64,000 nt of DNA from Eledone cirrhosa (lineage: Eukaryota), in NCBI GenBank assembly GCA_964016885.1, contig OZ024742.1, forward strand, positions 26,474,001 through 26,538,000. The letters run 5' to 3'. Of this stretch, positions 14,853-28,767 are shown one piece after another. Within the stretch, counting starts at the first letter, position 1. Every line of letters starts with the position of its first letter. A program made the position numbers and the translations under genes. Below the pieces are notes generated by a model. The model did not search any database, was not told the origin of the DNA, and worked only from the letters and a program-made list of their open reading frames with translations.

Positions 14853-15436
14853 CCTAGTCTTAGTCTTAGATTCTTCCGCGCCGTTCGGCGTATCGAGCAG
14901 TGAGTACTCGCCAACCGTCTCGATCAGCGGCAACTTTTTCGAGACCGTGCCAGGTGATGTTGGCTGCCATTAGGTCTTCCGGAACGTTCGTCGCCAGGTG
15001 ATCCTTGGGCAACCCCGCCTCCATTTACCATCACTATTTTCCAACGCCATTCATTTGGCAGACGCAGAATATGGCCAGCCAAACGGCACCGACACTCCGT
15101 GACCCCTCTCTGTAGCGTCCACGAGTCGCCTCTCCGCAGGATCTCGTTTCGCACTCTGTCGCGCCAGGACACACGAAGGATCTTTCGCATGCACCGCTAG
15201 TCGAAAGCGTTCAGCCGTCTCTCTATTTTTGCCGTACTCTTCCAGGTCTCGCTCGCATAAAGCACTGTCGGCAGCATGATGCTCTTGTTCAGGCGGGGCT
15301 TGGTCTTGGTGCTAATGCATGAAGACGACCAGACTGGGCACAGCCGCTGGAAAACTGCAGCTCATTTGCCGATCCGACAGTTGATGTCGAACTCCCAGTC
15401 GCCGTTGCTTGTTAGGATGCTGCCCAGATAGGTGAA
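14853..15436 (-). mobile_element. RTE-clade LINE 3' fragment
   Basis: Minus-strand translation FTYLGSIL..RIGK..LYASETW..RCMRKILRVSWRDRVRNE..RLAGHILR; (AAGACT)n tail; (TA)n flanks. Confidence 0.85.
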
Positions 15437-15464
15437 ATATATATATATATATATAATATATAAT

Positions 15465-15534
<70 letters not shown>

Positions 15535-15732
15535 TATATATATATACGATATTAAATAAATGGAAACTATATTTATAAAACCATATTTATTTCATTATAT
15601 ATATTTCAGGGATATCATATTAAAAATATGTTATGCCTTCCTCAGACAAAATACAATATAAACAGTCTTATAAATAGATAGATTTGACATACCTTTCAAC
15701 TTCAACATCCATTTAAAAAGTTGATTTGCTAG

Positions 15733-17264
15733 TGGAAGGGAACTGGAGAGGTTATTGAGTGGTTTAAAGAAATTAAATATAACAATAATAATAAGTTTAT
15801 TCAACTAGATATTGCTAACTATTATACATCTATTACCCCTAATCTACTAAATAAGGCACTAAATTACGCATTCAAATATACAGACCTAACTAGCAATGAA
15901 ATGCACATTATATTATCGGCTAGGAAAACATTGATAGAATTTAATGACCAACTATGGACCAGAGCAGATAGAGATAACAATTTCGACATTACTATGGAAT
16001 CATCCGACTCAGCTCAGGTAACTGACCTTGTGAGCCTATTTTTAATCAATTCGCTGCATAGGAAAATACCCGGTGCTACCGGAGGTTTATATAGAGATGA
16101 CATGCTTTTACTTATTGAAAATAATAACTCTGAACTAAATAGAAAAAGAAAACAAATTACACAATTTTTTAATTACTTTAATCTAAAATTAGAAATTGAG
16201 AATAACCATAGAATAGTCAATTTCCTAGATGTAACATTAAATCTCAACACATGTCTTCACTATCCATTTCACAAGTTGAATGAAAACTTAAACTATGTCA
16301 GCTTTAACTCTAACCACCCCAGATCTGTTAAAAATACTATAGTAAACTCTGTTCAAAAACGTATCTCTAGAATCTCATCTAATAAAAAGATTTTCGACGA
16401 AAAAGCCCAGTATTACAATGAAGCGTTAGCTAGAGCAGGATATAGTGATAAAAGTATGTACATAGATAATAATAGACAAACTAACCAAAAAAACAACAAT
16501 TTTAATTACGGCAACAACTTTAACAACTATAATAGAAAGCATTACAATAATTGCAAAAGCCAAAAAAGAAATAGAACTAGGAATATAATATGGTTTGCCC
16601 CCCCCCCCCTTTCTCACTAAACATTAAAACCCACATCGCTAAACTATTTGTTAATGCTCTTGAAAATCGCTTCCCTAGAACACATAGGTATCACTCAATT
16701 TTCAATAGACATACTATAAAATTAACCTACTCATCCACCAAAAATTTAGCACAAAATATTAATAGAATAAATAATAGGAATTTAAAACCTAGCCAAAATA
16801 CCGATAATAGCATAAATAATATCCAAGTAAACAAATGTAACTGTAGAGTTAGATCTAAATGTCCGTTAAATAACAATTGCTTAGTTAAAAATATAATATA
16901 CAACTGTAATGTTAAAACGGACTTAAATTCATTTAACTATGTTGGTTCCACCTCGACAGAATTTAAACTTCGCTATAATAACCACAAGAATTCTTTCACA
17001 GATCCAAGCAAAAAATCTTCAACATCACTATCAGGCTTACTCTGGCAACTTAAGCATGATAACGTTGGATATTCGACGGCTTGGAATATAGTCTCAAGAG
17101 GGATTCCTTTTAATTCATCCTCTGAGACATGTGACCTCTGCGCGGAGGAGATATTCTTTATACTAAAATCTAAAAATTCCCTTAATTTACGGACAAATTT
17201 ATTCAGTTGCTGCAGACATAGATTGAACTCAACTTTTAAATATAAATATAAATTTAAAATGTAG
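15733..17264 (+). pseudogene. PLE RT + Zn finger + GIY-YIG endonuclease, truncated, frameshift in poly-C ~16598-16609
   Basis: FIQLDIANYY, FDITM, GLYRDDM, NFLDVTLNL, SNHP, CNCRVRSKCPLNNNCL, IIY..YVGST..FKLRYNNH, CDLC..E, CRH. Clearly homologous to the 820-aa ORF. Confidence 0.9.
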
Positions 17265-18333
17265 TATATTTAATTTGATTTATAATTATTTATGAAACTC
17301 GCCGATAAATCTTTCGATTTCTTTTTTATTTTAAACATTCTTCATGAATAATTAAACTACCCTAAAAGCTGATGCTCCAAATATACCGAATACATTTTAC
17401 ACTAGATAAACTTCTATATTAAATATAAGACCATCTGTAGATCAAATGGGTATCCTAAACTTTTGGAATGATTTCTGCTAGACAGGATTTGGTAAATAAT
17501 TTTGGTTTTGTTTGCTTTTAATTCTGATGCTTATAACGAACTTGGCAATATATTGTCAATTAACTTTGAAGGGTTGATCTCTGTGGTTGATTTGCGGGGC
17601 ATACTATGTTTTATTTTTATTTTTAATTTTTATTTTTATTTTTAATATTTTTAATATTTTTATTTTTAATATTTTTTGTTTTTTTTTGTTTTTTTATTTT
17701 TTTATTTCTGATATTTTTATTGATATATTGATATCTGTTCTCTATTTATACTTGAACGATAATCATGTAGAGTAAAGACAAGAATAGTATTGTTAAAATT
17801 AATGTAGACTCTATATATATTTGTGTGTATGTACACATATATGTATACTAGAATTTTTATAGCACAATGAGAATGTTTTCGTGTGAAATAGGAATTTGCA
17901 GAGTTGATCACGTAAATTCACATAGATATCTATAGTATCGAATCTGGGATAACCTTCTATTTTATCTCAACTCTGATATAAACCTAGGAATTTTAAACTA
18001 GACATATGATCATTATTTTTCACACATTATCGATACGTGTCTCATTCATGAATACTGATATTTACATTATAATGCCTGATTTATACGAATTGATATTTTT
18101 ACATTGATGAAACATAATGTTTTAAATCTGCCTCGTTTATGTCTGGATATTTTTCTTTTCTCTCTATGTAACGGCTGTTTTCTCTCCTAACCACATATAT
18201 CTCTCTCTACATTAATACTAGAGCTAAATAAATAAATAAATAAATAAATATATCATTGATACGTCATTCAACTGGTGCCCAACTACCTATTTTCTTTCTC
18301 TCTATCTCTATCTATATCTATCTCTCTATATTT

Positions 18334-18371
<38 letters not shown>

Positions 18372-18630
18372 CTCTATCTATCCCCCTCTGTGTTTTTTCC
18401 TCTCTCTATATATCTCTCTCTGTTTCTTTACATGAATTTCTTCTCTCTATCTATCTCTCTATATCTATCTCTCTCTATTTAGTTGCATGCATTTCTTCTT
18501 TTTCTTCGTTTTTTCTTTATTTCTTTTTATAACTGTCCCTAATATTTTTCACTACCAAATCAACTTTTTAAATGGATGTTGAAGTTGAAAGGTATGTCAA
18601 ATCTATCTATTTATAAGACTATTTATATTG

Positions 18631-18696
18631 TATTTTGTCTGAGGAAGGCATAACATATTTTTAATATGATATCCCTGAAATATATATAATGAAATA
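18631..18696 (+). ncRNA. Minimal type-I hammerhead ribozyme in PLE pLTR (inverted copy at 15588-15653, minus)
   Basis: TATTTTGT-CTGAGGA-stemII-GAAA-TATATA-TA-ATGAAATA: stem I complementary with G-U pairs; palindromic stem III. Confidence 0.72.
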
Positions 18697-18822
18697 AATA
18701 TGGTTTTATAGATATAGTTTCCATTTATTTAATATCGTAAATATACTCCAAATACTTGTTGAGTGCTTTTATATCAGTTATAAATATTTACTCGTTGTAA
18801 CCCAACAATTTAAATAAAACTT

Positions 18823-18882
<60 letters not shown>

Positions 18883-19000
18883 AATATATACAGTATTTTC
18901 CGTTGTGTTGTAATATAAATATTACACACAGTAGATTATCAGCTCACGTAGAGTTTGCTCGACGGTTCCAGTTGTAGTTCCAAAAGTAATCCGGAGAAAA

Positions 19001-19097
19001 ATAGAAAGATTTGAATGGATACAGTTTAGTTGAAAGGAATTTATTGACACGTGTCAATAAATTCCTTTCAACTAAACTGTATCCATTCAAATCTTTC

Positions 19098-19100
<3 letters not shown>
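19001..19100. repeat. Perfect 100-bp palindrome (fold-back), no spacer
   Basis: ATAGAAAG...TTGACAC|GTGTCAA...CTTTCTAT, centre 19050/19051. Confidence 0.95.
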
Positions 19101-19148
<48 letters not shown>

Positions 19149-19180
19149 CATTATAAATATATTACATATACATATATATA

Positions 19181-19426
19181 TAGTTATGTAATAAACAACA
19201 TAAGGCAATTATTTCATTTACCAGTGGTTTCTTAAAAGCAAAACATTTTGCTTTCAATCAACAGAATGAAAAAATCCTGGCGTATTTATTGACATTGGAT
19301 TTTAAAATCCAATGTCAATAAATACGCCAGGATTTTTTCATTCTGATGATTGAAAGCAAAATTTTTTGCTTTTAAAAAACCACTGGTAAATGAAATAATT
19401 GCCTTATGTTGTTTATTACATAACTA
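19181..19426. repeat. ~246-bp near-perfect palindrome made of two inverted hammerhead-containing arms
   Basis: Centre 19303/19304; the arms differ at about 4 positions. Confidence 0.93.
19336..19395 (+). ncRNA. Hammerhead ribozyme motif (mirror copy 19212-19271, minus)
   Basis: TTTCATT-CTGATGA-TTGAAAGCAAAA/TTTTGCTTTTAA-aAAA-CCACTGG-TA-AATGAAA. The mirror copy has intact GAAA but CTGTTGA, so the consensus of the two is canonical. Confidence 0.75.
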
Positions 19427-19491
19427 TTAAGCTCTGTTACCTACATAGAGCACTCTTTTTTCCTGGACTTTTCCGACGGAATTACTTCATT

Positions 19492-19545
<54 letters not shown>

Positions 19546-19710
19546 CTATTAATTGTACTATTTATGGTTATGAAAATACAAAAACCTTTTGCACTTATAT
19601 GTATTTTTTATACAAACCCTAAATAGGGGTAGGCAGTAATGTATTACTACCTTATTACCAGTAAGTTAAGTAGCTCAATGTAAAAACATCACATGATTTA
19701 CAGAGCAGTT

Positions 19711-22084
19711 ATATGAAATATAAAAATCAAAGACCTGTTCAAAACATTATTGTGCTTACACCTGTTTCCTCCAAACCGAGGTTTGGATTCTTCGGACCAA
19801 TTTATTAATGAATGGACATTTATATGACCTCCTTTTCAGCCAAGAGACATACCGATACATATGCAAATATTGTGAGTCAACATTTATTACAGCATTTAGA
19901 GTGGCAGTACACACTTCGAGATTACATTCATAATAAAAGGAACAATCAAAAATCAAAAATACAGGTTAAAATACAACATGAAGATAAGCGGTTATATAGT
20001 GCAAATGTTATATGTGTGGCAAGCTCGTGCGTCTTGTTTATATAGTGTGGCAGAGAGATATGTGTGGTAGGAGCACTTAGGTAGGTAAAGAAGAGTGTTA
20101 GGTTGGTTGATCTGGTGGCAAATTCTTTATATGATTGTTATAGTCTGTGTGTGGAGAAATGATATAAGCATTAAAAATAGTGCAAGCATTAAAAATATTA
20201 AACGTATTGGAGATGCACAGCGAAGGGATGACAAGGACCTCATGTACTTCGACATTTTCATGGTCAGGGGAGTGTATTCTTCGATTATATGCCCCTCACA
20301 TAATCCACTGCAATTCTATATTGAGCGTTTGACAATCCAGTTAGAGAATCGTAGTCCGATGTTCTTTAGTTCAATACAGGAGGCTGTTACGTTTCGCGAA
20401 ACGACATTGAATACTACCCGGAAGTGTGTGTGTGGCTAAGGGGAGTTAATGCATGAGGGGAGGTAACTCCGGGGTTTCTATACCTAGCTATTGAAATGTC
20501 TCAATATAGACCCTAATTTCTATGGTTATGCGTAACTTCCAAAAAATTTCTAAAGCATAAAGTGTTTTAACTATAGAGTAGTTTATTAAGTTGTGCTGAA
20601 GGTGTTCGTATTATTATGGTGAATTAACCCCCATCTTAGGGTACCACAAATGAATATTATAGACGATGAGCGAGGATTCTAAATTAATGATCTCTGTGGT
20701 TGTAGTCTACCGATAGGACCAGGCGCGGTGATTGCAGGATCACTTCAAGACACAATGATCTCTGGTAAGTTCTGGGTCATCGCTTGCTACATTGGATGTC
20801 GAAAGATAATCATCATCAGGGCCGGCCAGAGGTCATTCCGCAGTCCTCATGACCCCACTCTGACCACCAAATCATCCATATATGTACAACCCGCACGCCA
20901 GTTGCAATACATTCATTCTCTGCACTCAGTGTCCTGGTCCTACTGCTCAACAGCGTTACTAGATTAAATCGTTTTTCATCTGTCTAAGGAAGGCACTTCC
21001 TCCGCACAACACCACCACACTAATCAATTCATGCTTAAATTACCTATAGAGTGGTGTAGTGCAGTTCAAGTGGGTGGATGTTGTCACTCCTAACGTAGAG
21101 GTATAAATGGGTATTCTCCCAGCGAAGGGTTCCGGAGGGATGTCGTAGTTTGTGTTATATTAGATCAGTTAGTGTTGTGTATGTGGTATAAGGTGTGCCC
21201 CTGGTGTTTGATGCTAGATGTGGTGTTTGGTTCAAGACCAACACTTTATGCTTTAGAAATTTTTTGGAAGTTGCGCATAACCATAGAAATTAGGGTCTAT
21301 ATTGAGACATTTCAATAGCTAGGTATAGAAACCCCGGAGATACCTCCCCTCATGCATTATCTCCCCTTAACCACACACACACTTCCGGGTAGTATTCAAT
21401 GTCGTTTCGCGAAACGTAACAGCCTCCTGTATTGAACTAAAGAACATCGGACTACGATTCTCTAACTGGATTGTCAAACGCTCAATATCGAATTGCCGTG
21501 GATTATGTGAGGCGCATATAATCGAAGAATACACTCCCCTGACCATGAAAATGTCGAAGTACATGAGGTCCTTGTCATCCCTTCGCTGTGCATCTCCAAT
21601 ACGTTTAATATTTTTAATGCTTGCACTATTTTTAATGCTTATATCATTTCTCCACACACAGACTATAACAATCATATAAAGAATTTGCCACCAGATCAAC
21701 CAACCTAACACTCTTCTTTACCTACCTAAGTGCTCCTACCACACATATCTCTCTGCCACACTATATAAACAAGACGCACGTGCTTGCCACACATATAACA
21801 TTTGCACTATATAACCGCTTATCTTCATGTTGTATTTTAACCTGTATTTTTGATTTTTGATTGTACCTTTTATTATGAATGTAATCTCGAAGTGTGTACT
21901 GCCACTCTAAATGCTGTAATGAATGTTGACACACAATATTTGCATATGTATCGGTATGTCTCTTGGCTGAAAAGGAGGTCATATAACTGTCCATTCATTA
22001 ATAAATTGGTCCGAAGAATCCAAACCTCGGTTTGGAAGAAACAGGTGTAAGCACAATAATGTTTTGAACAGTTCTTTGATTCTT

Positions 22085-22094
<10 letters not shown>
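19711..22094. mobile_element. Long inverted repeat (~855-bp arms 19711-20566 and 21240-22094, ~670-bp spacer); probable PLE-type fold-back element
   Basis: Mirror-image ORFs (20095-20439 + / 21367-21711 -; 19812-20045 + / 21761-21994 -). Hammerhead-like motif near each outer end; right arm ends in (TA)n. Confidence 0.7.
22005..22057 (+). ncRNA. Hammerhead-like motif with CCGA core (mirror copy 19749-19801, minus)
   Basis: ATTGGT-CCGAAGA-aTCCAAACC tc GGTTTGGAa-GAAA-CAGGTG-TA-AGCACAAT; stem I imperfect. Confidence 0.55.
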
Positions 22095-22146
<52 letters not shown>

Positions 22147-22158
22147 ATATATTTATAA

Positions 22159-23280
<1,122 letters not shown>

Positions 23281-23282
23281 GT

Positions 23283-23540
23283 TTGCTTTTCATCTTGAGT
23301 CATGCCTCCATCACCGGTACGCATTCACAAAATTACTGTTCCCTACTTCCCGATCTCTCATCAAGATCTCGTCCAGTGAGGTCCGTGTCCCTCATCAGCA
23401 GTGTCTTAAATGTTATGTCCAGACGTCTTACTCGGCGTTTTGTATCTGGTGACCAGAGAAGTAGTTTCGCTGCAGGTTTATCGTGGAAGGGAAACATGAC
23501 CAGCAAGAGCCAAGTGACAGCAGCGAAAGTTCGCTGAAAC
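23283..23540 (-). mobile_element. RTE-like LINE 3' fragment
   Basis: LALAGHV..KPAAKLLLWSPDTKRRVRR..RDT; resembles the RTE C-terminus at 30311. Confidence 0.6.
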
Positions 23541-23571
23541 TTGTTTCTGATCACCATAAATAATATTATAA

Positions 23572-23757
23572 TAGTTTGTGCTTTTGGCACAAGGCCAGTA
23601 ATTATCCAGTGGATCACTGGTACTTTATTTTATCGATCTCGTAAGGATGAAAGGCAAAGGTAACCTCGGCGGATTTGAACTCAGAACGCAAATGGCCATA
23701 ACTATGCTGCACATCATGGTGTCTGGCGCTCTACAGATACCGCCAAACCACCGCGAT
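23572..23757 (-). mobile_element. tRNA-derived SINE, same family as 11722
   Basis: Reverse complement of the TTTGCCTTTCATCCTTACG core and GAGTTCAAATCC. Confidence 0.75.
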
Positions 23758-24189
23758 TTATAATGCGATTTGCCAAGGAATGTTGAAAGCCACACGTAAC
23801 ACCATGGTTTAGGAACCATCAAATCCCCTTGAGCGAGCGAAGCTGACACTCCAGGATTCTGAACTATGTAGTAAAATGAATATCTATGCCAGATTAATCC
23901 AACTATGTTTTGGTAAATTACGAATCTTAATCGTGCGATATAGTTAAAATGGTGTCATGGGAGTATACAATATACATGTTGGCACTCGCCACATGACTTG
24001 GAAATGGGAGACTATATGGAACTGTGATCCAAATCAAAATATAAATGGGTAAACCTTGTTAAAATTCAGTTCTAATAATGGGCACTCTATGTTGAACAGT
24101 TTCTTCTAACAAAGACGTCCACAACAGTCCATTTTATACGTGAAATTGAGAAAAGGAAACAGAACTTGATATTGTTATTACCTCTGATC

Positions 24190-24480
24190 TCTCACTTTTA
24201 TGCTGGATGTCCGTGTTCAGAGGCGGACTGACCTATTACTTTCTCGACGTATACTTATGTGCAGACTGAGAATACTTAAAACAAAGAAAGTCGCCAAAAC
24301 TGGCAGGTTCAGCTCGAACTTCAAGAGAATTTGGGAAACGATGATTAAAACGGGTGTTAGGACAAGGTATATGGATACTATTGCATCCAAATTCAGAGAA
24401 CTCTCTGAACAAACTGGGGACGTTGAAATGGAGTGGTGATTGTTCAGACTGTGCTTCTACTAATGAATGCTGGGAGCGAA
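24190..24480 (+). mobile_element. Possible decayed LINE (RTE-like) internal fragment
   Basis: LDVRVQR..D..ILMCRLRI..GDVEMEW resembles the APE C-terminus/linker of RTE ORFs. Confidence 0.35.
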
Positions 24481-27033
24481 AGCGATTTGGTGTTGTGTCG
24501 GGTTTAGATGTAGGTTTACAAAATTTGTCGGGGAAATAAGCCCTCATTCTTGCATTTGCGGTGTGTATGTATGTGTGCGTGTATATATGTGTGTATGTAT
24601 GTATTTTGTCAGTGAGTATAGGTGTACTTATGTATTTATGTGTATGAGTGTATATATGGGTCTGTATAGTATTATGTATGAAAGTATTGTATGTATAGGT
24701 GTGTATAATTGCTTATGTAAAGTTAGATGAAGACATGAAACACACAATGTTGAATAAACTCTTTCGACGATCAAAACTTCAACCAAAGCTCATTTTACTG
24801 ATGAACACTTAAGAAAATAGTCAAACCTTTATTATATAAATATTTTGTTTTATGTCGGCCACACACATACTTATTTAGTAATTTATCTCATTCTTTTTTA
24901 TTTAATTGCCATCACTTAGTGGGCTGGTATTGGATAATGACGACAATTCTGTTGATTTTAAACAAAGATAATTGATACATCTTTATAATATTGTACGCAT
25001 TACAGATCGTTATCAATAGTTTTCTGTTTCAATATATCGAAAGCTCACTTATTCTGAAAATTCGTTTGTCTTTTGGTATTTTTTTCTCACTTCTAAAATG
25101 AAGTTATCCTTTGCTTTATTTTCTTCCTCTTAATCTTTACACAATAACTTAAGTATATATAGAAGAAAGTTTGAAATATCGATATTGATGATAACACGTA
25201 TTGAATGAGAAACAAACAACACGCTGGGTTTTATTTTAGAACCTAATCTGGCTAATACACGTCTAAAGATTCTGCAATAAGTTTTGTGATATGGATTTCT
25301 CTCTCATTTTAACTGCCACTCTTCAATTATCTCACATATTAAAACATCTAGTAGCGCAATAACATCAAAATGAAACAAAAAAAAAAACACATAGAGAGAA
25401 AAAATCACTACTATGATATTAATCAAATTCTTCAGAGATAAATATAAAACATGATAAGGTTTGACAAATATATCCCCATATTTGAAAATGAAAATATGAA
25501 TGTCCTGTTCTTCTTTTTGTTTTTATATTGCTATATATTTCCATATTTTTAGAATAAATGGTAATATATAAAATTCGATAAGAGAATATGAATTTTGTAG
25601 AATCAGAAACGCGTTCGGTGTTAATTCGTGATAATGCCTCTCAGAATACAATATGAAATTTAGTATGAGATTTTTATTATTTTTTATGAAATAATCGTAT
25701 ATTTATAGTGGGTCCTATGGTTGCCTGTTGAAATAAGATATATTAAAGTTTCATAATCATTCCTAGAATTGCATTGTTTATTTTTAAATATATTATTTCA
25801 GGTATTTTATTTTTTACTAAACAATTTCGAAATGTAGAATTTTTTTTTTTTCCTTCGTACACTATTATTTTTTCAGATTAAATAACGTAAAAAGAAAAAG
25901 AAATTAAAAACATAAAAAAGTTTTAACAACTAAAATAGAATTTTCCAAAGTCAGCGACCTAAAAAATACCTCTTCTTTTTCTTCAGTAACCTTGCCGATA
26001 AATGGCGGGTATTAAACGCTCTTTTAATATCTCGTCCATTATGTGATGTTGAATATGGAGCGAGATAAAGGAAAATCGAAACGAAATCGATTTAATAATC
26101 TTTACGGTGCTAAAGAATTTCAAAACTATATAATATGGTTAATTTAATACCAACTTGATAAGCGGGAATCGATGATAGTGCTAAACACTATTGGCAGAAT
26201 TTATGTATTATTCCGATCGTGTGGTAATGTGAGAGAGAGAGGAGGCGAGTATATGAAGCTCACTTTCAGGCTACATACGTCACAAGAGTTTGATTCCCAA
26301 TATGACTATTCCGTCTCATATATCTCCTTAATACGCGTAAAAAGCCATGAATATTATGATTTCCATGGTTGAAATCATTTCACTGAAATACTACAGCACT
26401 GGACTAGAAGAATAACAATCGGTATTTAATAACCAATGAGTATGTCCCTACATGATCATTCGAAATGCTAAACATAATAGTTACAAATCTTTCAAACCAC
26501 ATTGCAGGAAGTTTAAAGGGAACACGTTTCTCTGGGCATAAGAAAAGGAGGGAATGGCCTGGGCTAGAAATTCTTTGATGCCAACCCAGAGCATTCATGA
26601 CTGACCGCAGGCTAAACAACTCCAATAGTCGTTAGGGTGAAGTAGGCCACAACGGAAAGTCTACAATGTCTGTCAACCTGTTACACATGACAGCTCGAAA
26701 TCGGGTAGGCCAGATATTTTGGCTTTATTCACTTCCCATGGAAGATGTACAAAATAAACGCCGCTGCAAAATAATGTTTATTAAATAGAAACCTGACGCA
26801 AACAGAGGAGAAAAGAAAAAATCAGCGACAGCGAGAACTAGAAGGAGATATTTGTATTGAGTGGCATAAATAAAAGAAAAAGATATCTCTAGATATGAAT
26901 ATATCGCAGTTTTTCATCACTGAGTTGGTAGGTTGGATCACACCCGGTATATCAGACATTTTCACACTGATAATTATAGAAGGAAAATAATGATGTACAC
27001 ATACATAATTACACACACACACACACACACACA

Positions 27034-27078
<45 letters not shown>

Positions 27079-27715
27079 GTGTGTGTGTGTGTATGTATAT
27101 CAACATACATATATATATCTTTGTTTTTGTTTACCTCAATCAGAAAATACATACGTAACAGTGTATATATATAGACTAAGAGATTTATCGAAATTTCCCA
27201 GCTAAAACACTTCTCATGTACTATTATTATTAATATTATGAGTTTTTATAGGAAATATTCTTTCTCCACTTCACGCTTCTTTTCAAAATAAATCTGGATT
27301 CCGAAGTTTTCTAGAAGACGAGGAATTCTCTTAAAATCTGTTAGGATTAAATGTTTCTCTCGAACGCCATCAATTAATGGATCAGGAATAAACAACGAAG
27401 ACGTCTCCAGTCATTACAGATGATGGATAATCAGGCAAGAAACAGGCGCAATAACATGAATATAAAAATCACAGAAAAACCAAACAAGAAAAAATCACTT
27501 CCTTTAACATACATTATATATTCCGGAATAAATCTAAGATAGCTGGATAGCAAAATATTTCGACAAAATAATCTCGTTGTTTAGGACTGCAAGAAATTAA
27601 ATCCCTTTAAAAGTTTTACATATATAATATACTATAATAGATGTTTTCATCGATTTTGTGGGCATTTTATATCGATCAACAAGTCTAATGCCAAGTATAC
27701 GTTACACGCACACAC

Positions 27716-27985
<270 letters not shown>

Positions 27986-28093
27986 GTGTGTATAATGGTA
28001 GCTCTGGTGCTTCCATAGTCAGTATGCCAAAATTAGCACTTACTATTCATACAGAGCAGTGTGTGAATAGTATAAAAAAACGAAAAGTCAGTG

Positions 28094-28318
28094 ATGCATC
28101 TGGACTCAGTTTATTGCGTGTTACAATTGTTTCGCCGGCAGATAGCTTGAGACATGATCACTGTATGGATGTGGCTGATTCTACGGCTGCAGGTTCCTTC
28201 GGACACATGCAATTCTTTCGGAGCAAATTTTCTCACTCCAGATCCATACAGTGATCATGTCTCGAGCTACCTGCCGGCGAAACAATTGTAACACGCAATA
28301 AACTGAGTCCAAATGCAT
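28094..28318. repeat. Inverted repeat (~80-bp arms, ~63-bp spacer) containing a degenerate hammerhead
   Basis: Arms 28094-28174 and 28238-28318. Minus strand reads TGTGT-CCGAAGG-...CTGCCGGC-GAAA-CAATTG-TA-ACACG. Confidence 0.8.
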
Positions 28319-28434
28319 ACTGATTTTATATATATATATATATACTATATATATATGTATATGTATATATATATGTATATATATATACTATATATATATG
28401 TATATAGTATATACATAATTGTAAATAGTATGTT

Positions 28435-28544
<110 letters not shown>

Positions 28545-28547
28545 CAA

Positions 28548-28715
28548 TATATTAATAAATGGAAACTATATTTATAAAACCATATTTATTTTATTATACA
28601 TATTTCAAGGGCAACCAAGGCAAATTATGGTGCGCTTTTATCAGATAAAATACAGATTTGTTTTATAAATAAATATTGACATACCCGGAATCCCAACAAG
28701 TTAAATATAACCTCT
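28548..28715 (-). mobile_element. Solo PLE pLTR fragment (family of 18550-18826) with hammerhead at 28587-28652
   Basis: Similar to 15546-15700; TATTTTAT-CTGATAA-...-GAAA-TATGTA-TA-ATAAAATA. Confidence 0.72.
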
Positions 28716-28716
28716 T

Positions 28717-28767
<51 letters not shown>

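Larger units (their letters stand above)
15546..18826 (+). mobile_element. 5'-truncated Naiad-type Penelope-like element with inverted 5' pLTR copy
   Basis: RT + GIY-YIG remnant and long 3' UTR. 15546-15734 is the reverse complement of 18550-18739. Both ends abut (TA)n. Confidence 0.88.

Noticed and set aside
20095-21711. Duplicated 114-aa and 77-aa ORFs as a small gene pair
   Set aside because: Explained by the inverted repeat; no recognisable domain.
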